This document shows positions 49,428 through 59,100 of a stretch of 64,000 nucleotides of DNA, in pieces. A program made the translations under genes and the position numbers. Every line of letters starts with the position of its first letter. The stretch's first letter is position 1. The notes beneath the pieces were generated by a model that saw only the letters and a program-made list of their open reading frames with translations, did no database searches and had not been told where the DNA came from. This DNA comes from an uncultured Desulfarculus sp. (GTDB lineage: Bacteria > Desulfobacterota > Desulfarculia > Desulfarculales > Desulfarculaceae), in NCBI GenBank assembly GCA_963665125.2, contig CAXXUK010000001.1:3424001-3488000 (forward strand), given 5' to 3'.

Positions 49428-52037
49428 TTATTTCTTGTCCAAAACCTTTCTTACCAGCTCCAGCATGCTGGCAAGGCGGAATGGTTTCTGGATATAGGCC
49501 TCGGCCCCCAGCACCTTGACCTTGTCGGCTTCCTCCATGGCCGAATAGCCGCTGGCGATTATCACCGGCAGATCCGGCTGGCGTTGTTTGAGTATCTCCA
49601 GCGTGCGGCGACCGCCGATGCCCGGCATGCCCAGATCCAATAAAACCAAATCGATTTTTCCGGCATGTTCAATGTGCATTTCCAAGGCGGTCTCGCCGCT
49701 GGAGGCATGCATTACCCGGTAGCCGACTTCCGTCAACGCGGCCGCCGCAACATCGGCGACGGCGTATTCATCGTCAACCAGCAAGATCGTTTCGCTTCCG
49801 CCGGTTAGTTTTGCAGGATCGTGCCTTATTTTTTTCTTTCTAACCTCGCCGTGGCTTGTCGCCGGAATATACACCGAGAAAACGGTTCCCTCGCCCGGCT
49901 CGCTTTGGCATTGAATGGCCCCGCCGTGGGATCTGACTATTCCGTATACGGTGGCCAGTCCAAGTCCGGTTCCGCCGCCAATGCCTTTGGTGGTAAAAAA
50001 CGGCTCAAAGACATGCTGGATGACCTCCCTGCCCATGCCCTTGCCGGTGTCGGCCACCCGCAGCACCGCATAGCGGCCCGGCGCGAGATCAAGATTGTTC
50101 GCCGCGATTGACTCCTGATCCATTTTCAGGTTTTCGGTGGAAATGGTGATCCTGCCTCCATCGGGCATCGCGTCTCTTGAATTGGCGGCCAGATTCAAAA
50201 GGATCTGCTCCATCTGAATAGGATTGCCTTTGACAAACCAGATCTCCCGAGTCAATTCCAATTTTATTTCAACCATCTTCGGTATTGTGCGCTCCAATAG
50301 CGCCGCAACCTGCTTGACCTCGAAATTAAGGTCGAGGGGCCCCATGTCGCCTTCCATTTTGCGGCTGAAGGTAAGCAGTTGGCCCACCAATCCCGTGGCC
50401 CGCTCAAGGGCGGAATCCATCAGGTCAAGGCGAACGCGCTCGGCCTCCTTGATGTCCTTTGACGACCACAACAACTGTACGCTGCCATGTAATACCTGAA
50501 GAATATTATTGAAATCGTGGGCAATGCCCCCGGCCAGGGTGCCGATGGCCTCCATCTTCTGGGAATGACGCAATTGCACCTCGAGTTGGGACCGTTCAGC
50601 CTCATCCCGCAGACGCTGGCTGATGTCGCGCATCAGGATCACCAAACCGTTGATGGCGCCATCCGTGGCTTCCAGCTTGGATATGACCACTTCCATGGGA
50701 ACGGTTGTCCCGTCCTTGCGCTTGAAATTCCATTCGCCCCGCCACGAGCTTTTTTCCGAGAGCTTGTGCAGGGTCAATTCACCAAGGGCCAGAAACTTTT
50801 CCCTGGAGGTGTGGATCAGTTCGGTGGACCGCCCGAGCACCTCTTCCCGCTCATAGCCGAACTCATCGACAAACGCCTTGTTGCAGTCGGTTATGTAGCG
50901 GTCCTTATCCAACGACAAAACCGTATCCGCCGAGCTGTCCAAAATAGCCCGCAGGTGTTGTTCGCTGCTGACGAGGGCCGCCTCGCGGTTGCGCACCGCT
51001 TCGGCCATGATCTGGAATGTCGAACTAAGATCTTGAAATTCCTTAAATATAGCTACTGGAGGAGCAAGCTCCTGATTTCCTTCGGCCAGGCGCGCCGAAT
51101 TGACGACCAGCCAGGATATGGGCCGTTGGACGATCCACAAGCTCCATAGGCCGACCAGAAACGCCAGCAACACGATGATAAGCATGCCGGCCCAGGTTAA
51201 ATTGCTCATTTTGCGCACCGAGGCAAATGCCTCTTCCATGGGCTGCGCCACGATAACGGGCCATCCGGTCAACTGCACCAGGGCCACGCTGCCCAGCATT
51301 TCCCGGCCATCGTCTTTAAAGGTGAATAATCCCTTGTTGCCGTTCAAGGCCCAGGAGGCTATGGGCAGGGATTTCAGGTTGCGCCGCTCATCCACCACCC
51401 GGGGGTCGGTGTGAGCCACGGCGGCGCCCCTGTCGTCGATGATGGCACTGTAACCGCCCTTTCCAAGCTGCACGGCCGCGGCGACTTCCGAAAGTCTTGA
51501 CAAATTTATGTAACCGATCAGCGTGCCGCTACTCAAAGGCAAGCTCATGGTCAGAGTCGGTTTGCCGGTTCGGGGCGAAATAAATGTATCCGACCACAGG
51601 GGCAGCACCTCATCGCCGGTTTTCACCGCGGCGTGCTTGGACCAATCCAGCCCCAACAGGTCAGCGAAGTACGGCGCCAGATGGATGACTTTGCCCGATT
51701 TGTCCAGCACCATGATCATGTTGAAGAATTCGGGGTGATGGTTAATGCGGGAAGCCAGATAACCATTGATTTCGTCATCTTCGATGAACCCGCGCTCCAT
51801 CAGATGGCTTCTTGTCTCCAGCATGATATCCCTGGAGCGAAGCAGCAGTCCGTCCACCGTTGTCGCCAAGGTCTGGGCAAGGGTATAGTTTCGCAGCGAA
51901 ATGTCCTCGCTCATCGTTTCGATGGTCGTGTGTCCCAAAATACCCACCAGCGACAACGGCAGGACGCCGACCAACACGATGAACAAAGTCAATATGTGGC
52001 TGAGCCGAAAACGAAAACGTAGGTCGCGGGAAGACAT
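49428..52037 (-). CDS. dCache-HAMP-PAS hybrid histidine kinase
   Basis: Two TMs, AHDFNN, PFFTTK, GTGLGL, LDLGMP receiver. Confidence 0.92.
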   Translation of the reverse strand: MSSRDLRFRFRLSHILTLFIVLVGVLPLSLVGILGHTTIETMSEDISLRNYTLAQTLATTVDGLLLRSRDIMLETRSHLMERGFIEDDEINGYLASRINHHPEFFNMIMVLDKSGKVIHLAPYFADLLGLDWSKHAAVKTGDEVLPLWSDTFISPRTGKPTLTMSLPLSSGTLIGYINLSRLSEVAAAVQLGKGGYSAIIDDRGAAVAHTDPRVVDERRNLKSLPIASWALNGNKGLFTFKDDGREMLGSVALVQLTGWPVIVAQPMEEAFASVRKMSNLTWAGMLIIVLLAFLVGLWSLWIVQRPISWLVVNSARLAEGNQELAPPVAIFKEFQDLSSTFQIMAEAVRNREAALVSSEQHLRAILDSSADTVLSLDKDRYITDCNKAFVDEFGYEREEVLGRSTELIHTSREKFLALGELTLHKLSEKSSWRGEWNFKRKDGTTVPMEVVISKLEATDGAINGLVILMRDISQRLRDEAERSQLEVQLRHSQKMEAIGTLAGGIAHDFNNILQVLHGSVQLLWSSKDIKEAERVRLDLMDSALERATGLVGQLLTFSRKMEGDMGPLDLNFEVKQVAALLERTIPKMVEIKLELTREIWFVKGNPIQMEQILLNLAANSRDAMPDGGRITISTENLKMDQESIAANNLDLAPGRYAVLRVADTGKGMGREVIQHVFEPFFTTKGIGGGTGLGLATVYGIVRSHGGAIQCQSEPGEGTVFSVYIPATSHGEVRKKKIRHDPAKLTGGSETILLVDDEYAVADVAAAALTEVGYRVMHASSGETALEMHIEHAGKIDLVLLDLGMPGIGGRRTLEILKQRQPDLPVIIASGYSAMEEADKVKVLGAEAYIQKPFRLASMLELVRKVLDKK

Positions 52038-52136
52038 CTTATTGCAAACCTTTTGCTGAATCCGTCTTGATCTTCCCCCCCGAAATGCCAAGCCGCCGTT
52101 ATGCCCGCAACTCTAACGAGTTGCAAACGGCTTTGG

Positions 52137-53267
52137 TTACTCGACCTTGATCAACCGTCCGTTTTTAACAGTCTCTATTATGATATCGTGCATCGCATCG
52201 CCATATTGGTCAATGGTGACTTTGCTTTGGAGCCCGTCTATGGTGCCGGTTTCAATGATTGCCGTCTTGAGCGGAATCTTTTCGTCCAGCGACTTTTGCA
52301 ACGCGGCGAACAGGAGCTGGGCCGCATCATGGGCGTGCATGGCCGCAAAACCGGGTTCGTAGCCAAACCGTTTCAAAAAGTCGGCCTTGAATTCCTTCCA
52401 ACGGCCGCCATCGTGCTGGGGGTCAAAGGGCTGGGCCGCGAACGCTCCCTCCACCGAAGCGCCTCCGTGAACCAGCAGACCCGGGTCCAGAGACCAGCCG
52501 CTGAGGAACAACGGCCCCTTAAATCCCCGCTTGCGCAATTGCTGGCAGATCAGAGCCGCGTCCATGGCCCCTGCCGACAGCACCACGCCTTGGGGATTGC
52601 CGGCCAACAAATCTTCGGTGATTTGAACGTAATTGTGCAGGTTGGCAACGTCGACCTTTACAACATCTGAAATTCTTCCGCCCGCTTTTTGATAGGCCTC
52701 ACTGAAAGCGCGGTACCAGCTATCGGTGTAGCGCAAGTTTGAACTGTCCACCGCCGCGGCGATATTGGCGACTCGGACTTTGTTGTAGGCGAAGGCGCCC
52801 AAACGGGCGCCGGTCTGTCCTGAGTCTATGCGTACACGAAAGAAATAGTCATCAATTCCGGTGAGGTCGGTGGTGGAGGCGGTGGGGCTTATCAGCACGA
52901 CCTTGCGCTCGTTGTACAGGCCCACCGCTGCGGTTGCCATGTCGCTGGTGGTGAACCCCAAAACCGCGACAACGCCGGCATCGAGCACTTCACGGCTGAC
53001 AGCCAGGGTGGCGTCCGGATTGCGCGGGCAGTGTTTCACCAACAGCTCCAGAGGCCGGCCGTCAACGCCCCCTTTCGCGTTTTGCTGTTCAAAAGCCAGG
53101 AGCGTGGCGTCCCTGGCTTGGACTCCCAACTCGCCCGAGGGGCCGTTGAGATTGGCCACGAAACCGACACGCAGCGGCCGGGCCGGTTCACAGGCTGCCA
53201 AAACAAACAGCAGCGCCAAAACGAGTATCAGGGACGATCTTACAAAAAGTATCAACCGTTCCTTCAA
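52137..53267 (-). CDS. Lipoprotein solute-binding protein (Leu/Ile/Val family), copy 1
   Basis: AAGGAG-N6-TTG, LAAC lipobox, GGVDGR, DDYFFRV; 376 aa. Confidence 0.85.
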   Translation of the reverse strand: MKERLILFVRSSLILVLALLFVLAACEPARPLRVGFVANLNGPSGELGVQARDATLLAFEQQNAKGGVDGRPLELLVKHCPRNPDATLAVSREVLDAGVVAVLGFTTSDMATAAVGLYNERKVVLISPTASTTDLTGIDDYFFRVRIDSGQTGARLGAFAYNKVRVANIAAAVDSSNLRYTDSWYRAFSEAYQKAGGRISDVVKVDVANLHNYVQITEDLLAGNPQGVVLSAGAMDAALICQQLRKRGFKGPLFLSGWSLDPGLLVHGGASVEGAFAAQPFDPQHDGGRWKEFKADFLKRFGYEPGFAAMHAHDAAQLLFAALQKSLDEKIPLKTAIIETGTIDGLQSKVTIDQYGDAMHDIIIETVKNGRLIKVE

Positions 53268-53373
53268 CTGCCACTCCTTATAGTTTTCATCGATACTATA
53301 TGAGAACCGACGATTGACCGGCATCAATACTTGCCGTTACGACAATATGCCCTTTTTCGAATCAAGGCACTAC

Positions 53374-54504
53374 TTACTTCATTGAAACCCACCGGCCGTC
53401 ATTAAAAAACAATATCCAGTCCTCACTAAATCCATCGCCGTATTTGTCGATTTTTACAACTCCTTGTAAACCATTTATACTTCCGGTTTTTAAAATGGCC
53501 TGTTTAAGGGGAATACCTTCGTTCAAAGACACATCCAACGCAGCGAATAGCAATTTTGCTGCATTGTACGCAGACATGGCCTCGCTTGCCGGCGTATGGT
53601 TAAAACGTTTCGTGTATTTTTTTTTGAACTCCAGCCATGGTTTACTTGTCGACGACGGATTAAAGGGTTGTACGCTGATAATGCCCTCGATGGCGGATCC
53701 ACCGTGGACAACCAAGTTGGGATTCAAAGCCCAACCGCTAATGAATATTTTGCCTTTGAATCCTTTTAGCCGCAAGTGTTGGCAAATAAGCGCCGTATCC
53801 AAAGGTGAGGCCACGACAACTATGCCATCTGCTCTCCTTTTCAATAATTTTTCCGCTAGTGATTTATAAGAATATGGCTTTCGATGGGGGAACGGCAAAA
53901 CCGTAAACGTTTCACCACCACTAGCTTCAAAATTTATTTGGAAATATTTGAACCAGTTACTGGAGTACTCCTCGTTTGAGTAATCCAGAATTGCGCTTAC
54001 AGTCTTAACTCCAGCTTGGTTGTACGCATAAGCGCCCAACTTGCCCGCCGTGGGCCTTATATCGTTGCGAACCCTAAAAAAATAGTCGTCAGAACCTGTT
54101 AAGGACGGCGTAGCCACAGTTGCAGAAATCATTACCACCTGATGCGTGTTGAACACGTCAACCGCCTTGATGGCAATATTGCTGGTAGATAGGCCCAGAA
54201 CAGCAACAACCCCCAGGTCAATTAATTCTTTGCTGACCGATGGTATTGTGTCACCTGTGTCGCCAACATTTCTTGATAACAATTCAATCCGGCGTTCATG
54301 GATTCCACCGCTGGCGTTTTGCTCCTCCACTGCCAGGGTAACGGCATCCCTTGCGCTTGTTCCCACCGAACTGGCGCCCCCAACCAGATTATCAATGAAA
54401 CCTATACGCAACGGCCGGGCCGGTTCACAGGCAGTCAGGGCAAACAGCAGCGCCAAACCACATAGCAAAATAGACGCAAAGGATATGGCCGCGCGCACCC
54501 GCAA
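53374..54504 (-). CDS. Lipoprotein solute-binding protein, copy 2 (AT-rich)
   Basis: AGGAG-N6-TTG, LTAC lipobox, DDYFFRV; 376 aa. Confidence 0.85.
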   Translation of the reverse strand: MRVRAAISFASILLCGLALLFALTACEPARPLRIGFIDNLVGGASSVGTSARDAVTLAVEEQNASGGIHERRIELLSRNVGDTGDTIPSVSKELIDLGVVAVLGLSTSNIAIKAVDVFNTHQVVMISATVATPSLTGSDDYFFRVRNDIRPTAGKLGAYAYNQAGVKTVSAILDYSNEEYSSNWFKYFQINFEASGGETFTVLPFPHRKPYSYKSLAEKLLKRRADGIVVVASPLDTALICQHLRLKGFKGKIFISGWALNPNLVVHGGSAIEGIISVQPFNPSSTSKPWLEFKKKYTKRFNHTPASEAMSAYNAAKLLFAALDVSLNEGIPLKQAILKTGSINGLQGVVKIDKYGDGFSEDWILFFNDGRWVSMK

Positions 54505-54832
54505 TAGCTGCTCCTGTTTCCTGGTGATAATTAAACGATAACACTGACAAGTATACTTGTACAACGTGGGTGAAAAAAAGGCCGAATTTCATGCCATTGG
54601 CGGACAGGAGTTCAGGGATCGGAAGGGGACGCAGGGTCGGACGCTGATGGCTAAGGTCGGTCGCCTCCGCCTGTGGTTACTTGCTGGGCGGGTTGTCTTT
54701 TTCAGGTTGGTCTTTCGCCGTTTTTTCCGGCTCGGACCTTTGGTTTAATTGTCCTGTTGTCTGGTTGCAGCGCCGATATAGGAAAAACAGCATCAACACC
54801 TCCAAACAGGCATCAGGCCCGCATATGTTTTT

Positions 54833-55039
54833 TTACGAGTCCTTACTCTCGAATTTACACTCGCTGCGGTCGCAGCCCTGGCAGATTTGGGCTTGCTGCT
54901 CCGGATCAATGCCGGGCGGCGGCCCCTGGCAGGTGTCGCAACATTTGCAGGAGCCCTCGCGGCTTTCCCTCCACAGACGCCTGGCGACGAATACTACGGC
55001 AACGGCCACCACGGCCAGGACGACAATCGTCTGCCACAT
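54833..55039 (-). CDS. FeoB-associated Cys-rich membrane protein
   Basis: MWQTIVVLAVVAVAVVFVARR...CKCCDTC...CQGC...C directly after feoB. Confidence 0.8.
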   Translation of the reverse strand: MWQTIVVLAVVAVAVVFVARRLWRESREGSCKCCDTCQGPPPGIDPEQQAQICQGCDRSECKFESKDS

Positions 55040-55041
55040 AG

Positions 55042-57183
55042 TTACACCCCCAGTCCCAGAGCGGCGCCGCCCTGATACACCGCAAGCGCCAGGATATAGG
55101 CCAGCACGGTGGTGTAGACCATGGCGAAAGCGGCCCATTTCCAGGACTTGGTTTCCTTGCGGATTACCGCCACGGTAACCAGGCACGGCGCGTAAACCAT
55201 CACGAATATCATCATGGCAAAGGCCATGAGCTTGTTCCAGCCGGGCTCGGCGGCCAAACGCTGGCTCAGGCTGGCCGGGTCTTCTTCATCCACTTCGCCC
55301 AGGCTGTAGGCCGTGCCCATGGTGGAGACGATGACCTCCTTGGCCGCGAATCCGCCCACCAGAGCCACATTGACCCGCCAGTCAAACCCCAGGGGAGCGG
55401 TGATATGCTCCAGGCCCCGGCCCATGTAACCGGCCACGGACGCCTGAAGACCGGCCTCGGCCATCCGCTTTTGCAGGTCGGCCCTCTGCTCGGTGGTCTG
55501 GGCAGCGTCGATTTTTGATTGCCACAGGGCCTGCTGTTCGGTGCTGAGGCCGGGATAGGTCATCAGGGCCCACATGATGATGCTGATGCCCAGGATCACG
55601 GTTCCGGCCTTTTTGATGTACTGCCAGGTGCGCTCCCAGGTGTGGATGGCCAGGCCCTTCATGGTCGGCATGCGGTATGGCGGCAGCTCCATGACAAAGG
55701 GCGAGGTCTCGCCTTTTAATACCGTCCAGCGGATTATCCGGGCCGCCATCAGGGCAATGGCCCAGGAAATCATGGTCAGCATAAAGAGCATTTGGGCCTT
55801 TTGGGCCGCGAAAAACGCCGCCGTGAGCACGGCGTACACCGGCAGCTTTGCCCCGCAGTTCATCAGGGGCACGGTGAGGATGGTGGCCATGCGGGCCTTG
55901 GGGTCGGCCAGGGTGCGGGTGGCCATCACGCCGGGAACGGCGCAGCCGCCGCTTATGCCGCCGCCGATGATCAGCGGCACCACGCTGTTGCCGTGCAGGC
56001 CGAAGGTCCGCAGCACCCGGTCCAGCAAAAACGCCGCTCTGGCCAGATAGCCAGAGTCTTCCATAAAGGCGATGGCCAAAAACATGAACATGATCAGGGG
56101 CACGAAGCCCATGACTCCGCCCACGCCGTCGATGACGCCGCTGACGATCATCGAGCGCAGGATGCCCTCGGGCAGGTTGGCCTCGACAACGCCGCCCAGC
56201 CAGCCGAAGGCCGCCTCGAACCACTCCACAGGTGCCTCGCTGGCCCAGAAGACAAACTGATAAACCACGTACAACACGGCCAGCAGCACCAGGGGGCCGA
56301 AAAGCCTGTTTAATAGCACCTTGTCGATCTTGTCGCTGAGCTCCAGCCTGGCGACGCGGGGCTCGGTGACCACCTGGCGGTAGATGCTGCCGATGTAGCC
56401 GTAGCGGTAGTCGGCGATGACGCCCTCGGGGTCGTCGTCAAGGGTCTTGTTGATGTGTTTGGTCACCGAGGCGACCAGGGGGCTGATGCGCTCACTGAGG
56501 CCAGGCACGCAGTCGACGGTTTTTTTCACCTCGGCGTCGCTTTCCAGGAGCTTGATGGCCAGCCAGCGGGAGTCTTCCCTTTCGCGGCCCGCGCCATGGG
56601 CCCGGATGCAGCCGGCCATGCTGCTGATGGCTTCGTCCACGTCCGGGCCATAGGATATTTCCAGGGGGGTCCATTCTTTTTTCTCGGCGGCCTTTTTCGC
56701 CGCCGCGGCCATCAACTGTTCGATGCCCTTGCCCTCACGGGCCACGGTGGGCACCACCGGCACGCCCAACAGATCGGAAAGCCTGTCCACGTTGAGATCC
56801 AGGCCCCTGGCCTTGGCCACATCCATCATATTCAAGGCGATGACCACCGGCACGCCCAATTCCATGAACTGCACGGCCAGATACAGATTGCGCTCCAGGT
56901 TGGAGGCGTCCACCACGTCGACCACCACATCGGGCTTTTCGTCGATGACAAAATTGCGGGCCACCACTTCCTCTAGGGAATAGGCGCTGAGGCTGTATGT
57001 GCCCGGCAGGTCCACCACGTCGATGACCTGGCCGGCGGCCTTGGTCTGGCCCCATTTTTTTTCCACGGTGATGCCGGGGTAGTTGCCCACATGCTGCCGC
57101 GCCCCGGTCAGGGCGTTGAACAACGAGGTTTTACCAGCGTTGGGGTTGCCGGCCAGCGCGACTGTGATCTTGCCGTTAGCCAT
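55042..57183 (-). CDS. feoB: Ferrous iron transporter B
   Basis: GNPNAGKT, GNYPGITVE, DLPGTYSL, NMMD, FAAKEV. Confidence 0.96.
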   Translation of the reverse strand: MANGKITVALAGNPNAGKTSLFNALTGARQHVGNYPGITVEKKWGQTKAAGQVIDVVDLPGTYSLSAYSLEEVVARNFVIDEKPDVVVDVVDASNLERNLYLAVQFMELGVPVVIALNMMDVAKARGLDLNVDRLSDLLGVPVVPTVAREGKGIEQLMAAAAKKAAEKKEWTPLEISYGPDVDEAISSMAGCIRAHGAGREREDSRWLAIKLLESDAEVKKTVDCVPGLSERISPLVASVTKHINKTLDDDPEGVIADYRYGYIGSIYRQVVTEPRVARLELSDKIDKVLLNRLFGPLVLLAVLYVVYQFVFWASEAPVEWFEAAFGWLGGVVEANLPEGILRSMIVSGVIDGVGGVMGFVPLIMFMFLAIAFMEDSGYLARAAFLLDRVLRTFGLHGNSVVPLIIGGGISGGCAVPGVMATRTLADPKARMATILTVPLMNCGAKLPVYAVLTAAFFAAQKAQMLFMLTMISWAIALMAARIIRWTVLKGETSPFVMELPPYRMPTMKGLAIHTWERTWQYIKKAGTVILGISIIMWALMTYPGLSTEQQALWQSKIDAAQTTEQRADLQKRMAEAGLQASVAGYMGRGLEHITAPLGFDWRVNVALVGGFAAKEVIVSTMGTAYSLGEVDEEDPASLSQRLAAEPGWNKLMAFAMMIFVMVYAPCLVTVAVIRKETKSWKWAAFAMVYTTVLAYILALAVYQGGAALGLGV

Positions 57184-57185
57184 GG

Positions 57186-57431
57186 TTAGCCTTCCGGGGC
57201 CACGAAAATATGGTCGGCTTCATTGTTGCGCAGGCTCAGGTTGTAGCCTCGCAGCTTGATTTCCACCGGATCCTTGAGCGGAGCCCGGCCCATCACCTGC
57301 AGACCGACGCCGGGCACCAGACCCATGTCCCTCATGCGCCGGCCAAGCTCACCCTTGGCGGTTACCTTGGTGATCACGGCCTTCTGGCCCGGGTTGAGGC
57401 TTCTGAGCGTGCCGTTTCCCTTGGCGTTCAT
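57186..57431 (-). CDS. feoA: Ferrous iron transport protein A
   Basis: RRMRDMGLVPG...APLKDP...LSLR..EA. Confidence 0.95.
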   Translation of the reverse strand: MNAKGNGTLRSLNPGQKAVITKVTAKGELGRRMRDMGLVPGVGLQVMGRAPLKDPVEIKLRGYNLSLRNNEADHIFVAPEG

Positions 57432-57834
57432 CTACATTATGCTCCGTATTACGGCTGACAACGGACTTGGCCTTCCTGGCCAATCGGATTACTGCCGCTT
57501 TTGCATTACTATTGTCAATAAACTACACTATTGATTCACACGGTCCGCGACGGACATTAATGCCTGATTGTCCAATATTTTCGATGATTGTCAAAACAAT
57601 CCAAATAAAGACCCGTCCAGCCGTCACGTGAACCACAACCGGATATCAACCGGCTGTTTTAAAACCAATATACAGCATAAATTTGCACTTTCAACTAATT
57701 TTAGCCTTGTCTAATTATTGGCCTGAATTTACTGTCTCCGGCTGGCAACCCCACTTTATGTCCCGCAAATTCAGTATCAGTAAAAGAATTTGTTGTTCAG
57801 ATGGGCACAAATGTGCTAACGTCCATCTGCTGTA

Positions 57835-57849
57835 TGGAATTGTCTTTGC
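57835..57849 (+). promoter_or_regulatory. Candidate sigma54 promoter for the TRAP operon
   Basis: TGGAATTGTCTTTGC: GG-N10-GC spacing. Confidence 0.45.
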
Positions 57850-57871
57850 CATAAAAGCCAAGAAAGACACT

Positions 57872-57946
57872 ATGAACACTCGCCCCTCACATAGCGCATC
57901 CGGCCGCTATTATTACGACTACTACTATCAGCCGTTGCGCGGCTGA
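57872..57946 (+). CDS. Putative Tyr-rich leader peptide MNTRPSHSASGRYYYDYYYQPLRG
   Basis: ATG...TAT TAT TAC GAC TAC TAC TAT...TGA, 127 nt before dctP. Confidence 0.65.
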   Translation: MNTRPSHSASGRYYYDYYYQPLRG

Positions 57947-58073
57947 TATTACTTTTACCCAAACATAACCCCTAAATATCCCAACAAACAAAAAATCCAG
58001 CCAGGATTGCGCCTTGTCGTGACGTTTTCCTGGGGCTGGAAAACATGACATTCGTAATAACCGGAGAGTTGAC

Positions 58074-59087
58074 ATGTCCAAACGCATCGCCTTGATAGTC
58101 GCCGCGGCCTTTGCGCTGATGACAATGGCGTCATTGGCCCAGGCGGCCACCACTCTGACCTACAGCAACTTCTTTCCGCCCACCCACACCCAGAGCAAAC
58201 TGGCCCAGGCTTGGTGCGATGAAGTGGAAAAACGCACGGGCGGCGAAGTAAAGGTGCAGTATTATCCCGGCCAGACCCTGACCAAGGCCAAACAAGCCTA
58301 CGACGGCGTGACCATCGGCCTGTCCGACCTGGCCATGGGCTGCTTTGCCTACACCGGCGGCCGCTTCCCGGTGATGGCCGTTGTGGACCTTCCCTTTGGT
58401 TATAAAAACGGCATCATGGCCACCAAGGTCGTCAACGAAGTCTACAACGCCCTAAAGCCCAAAGAGCTGGACAACGTCGAGGTCATGTACCTGCACGCCC
58501 ACGGCCCGGGGCTGATCTTCACCACTGAAAAGCCGGTCAAGACCCTGGAAGAGCTCCAGGGCATGAAAATCAGGGGCCAGGGCACCTCGGCCCGCCTGAT
58601 CAAGGCCCTGGGCGCCTCGGCGGTGACCGTTCCCATGCCCGACGTGTACCAGGCCCTGAGCCGCGGCACCGTCGACGGCGCGGCCTACCCCACCGAGTCC
58701 AACAAGGGCTGGAAGCTGGGCGAGGTCACTAAGTACCGCATCTGCTGCTTCCCCGTGGCTTTCACCACGGCATTCTTCGTGGTGATGAACAAGGACAAGT
58801 GGAATTCGCTGTCCGAACCGGCCAAAAAGGCCATCACCGAGATCAACCAGGAATGGGCCCTCAAGACGGCCAAGGCCTGGGACGAAGCCGACGAGGAAGG
58901 CCTGAAGTTCTTCATGAGCCTGCCCGGCCGCCAGGACATCACCCTGAGCCCGGAAGAAGCCGTCAAGTGGGTCAATGCCGTACAGCCGGTGTTTGACGAA
59001 TACATCCAGTCCGTCAGTGAAAAGGGCCTGGACGGTAAACATATCGTCGAAACGGCCAAAAAAGCCGTAGCCGAGGCGGCCAAGTAG
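58074..59087 (+). CDS. dctP: TRAP transporter substrate-binding protein
   Basis: Signal peptide, GRFP...DLPF, LQGMKIR, YQALSRGTVDG, MNKDKWNSL. Confidence 0.93.
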   Translation: MSKRIALIVAAAFALMTMASLAQAATTLTYSNFFPPTHTQSKLAQAWCDEVEKRTGGEVKVQYYPGQTLTKAKQAYDGVTIGLSDLAMGCFAYTGGRFPVMAVVDLPFGYKNGIMATKVVNEVYNALKPKELDNVEVMYLHAHGPGLIFTTEKPVKTLEELQGMKIRGQGTSARLIKALGASAVTVPMPDVYQALSRGTVDGAAYPTESNKGWKLGEVTKYRICCFPVAFTTAFFVVMNKDKWNSLSEPAKKAITEINQEWALKTAKAWDEADEEGLKFFMSLPGRQDITLSPEEAVKWVNAVQPVFDEYIQSVSEKGLDGKHIVETAKKAVAEAAK

Positions 59088-59100
59088 AAAGGAGCCCGTC

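Noticed and set aside
57876..57968. Thr/Ile (IITTTTI) or Leu (LLLRLLL) leader readings of the same tract
   Set aside because: Those frames have upstream stops (TGA 57873, TAG 57892) and no ATG/GTG/TTG before the run.
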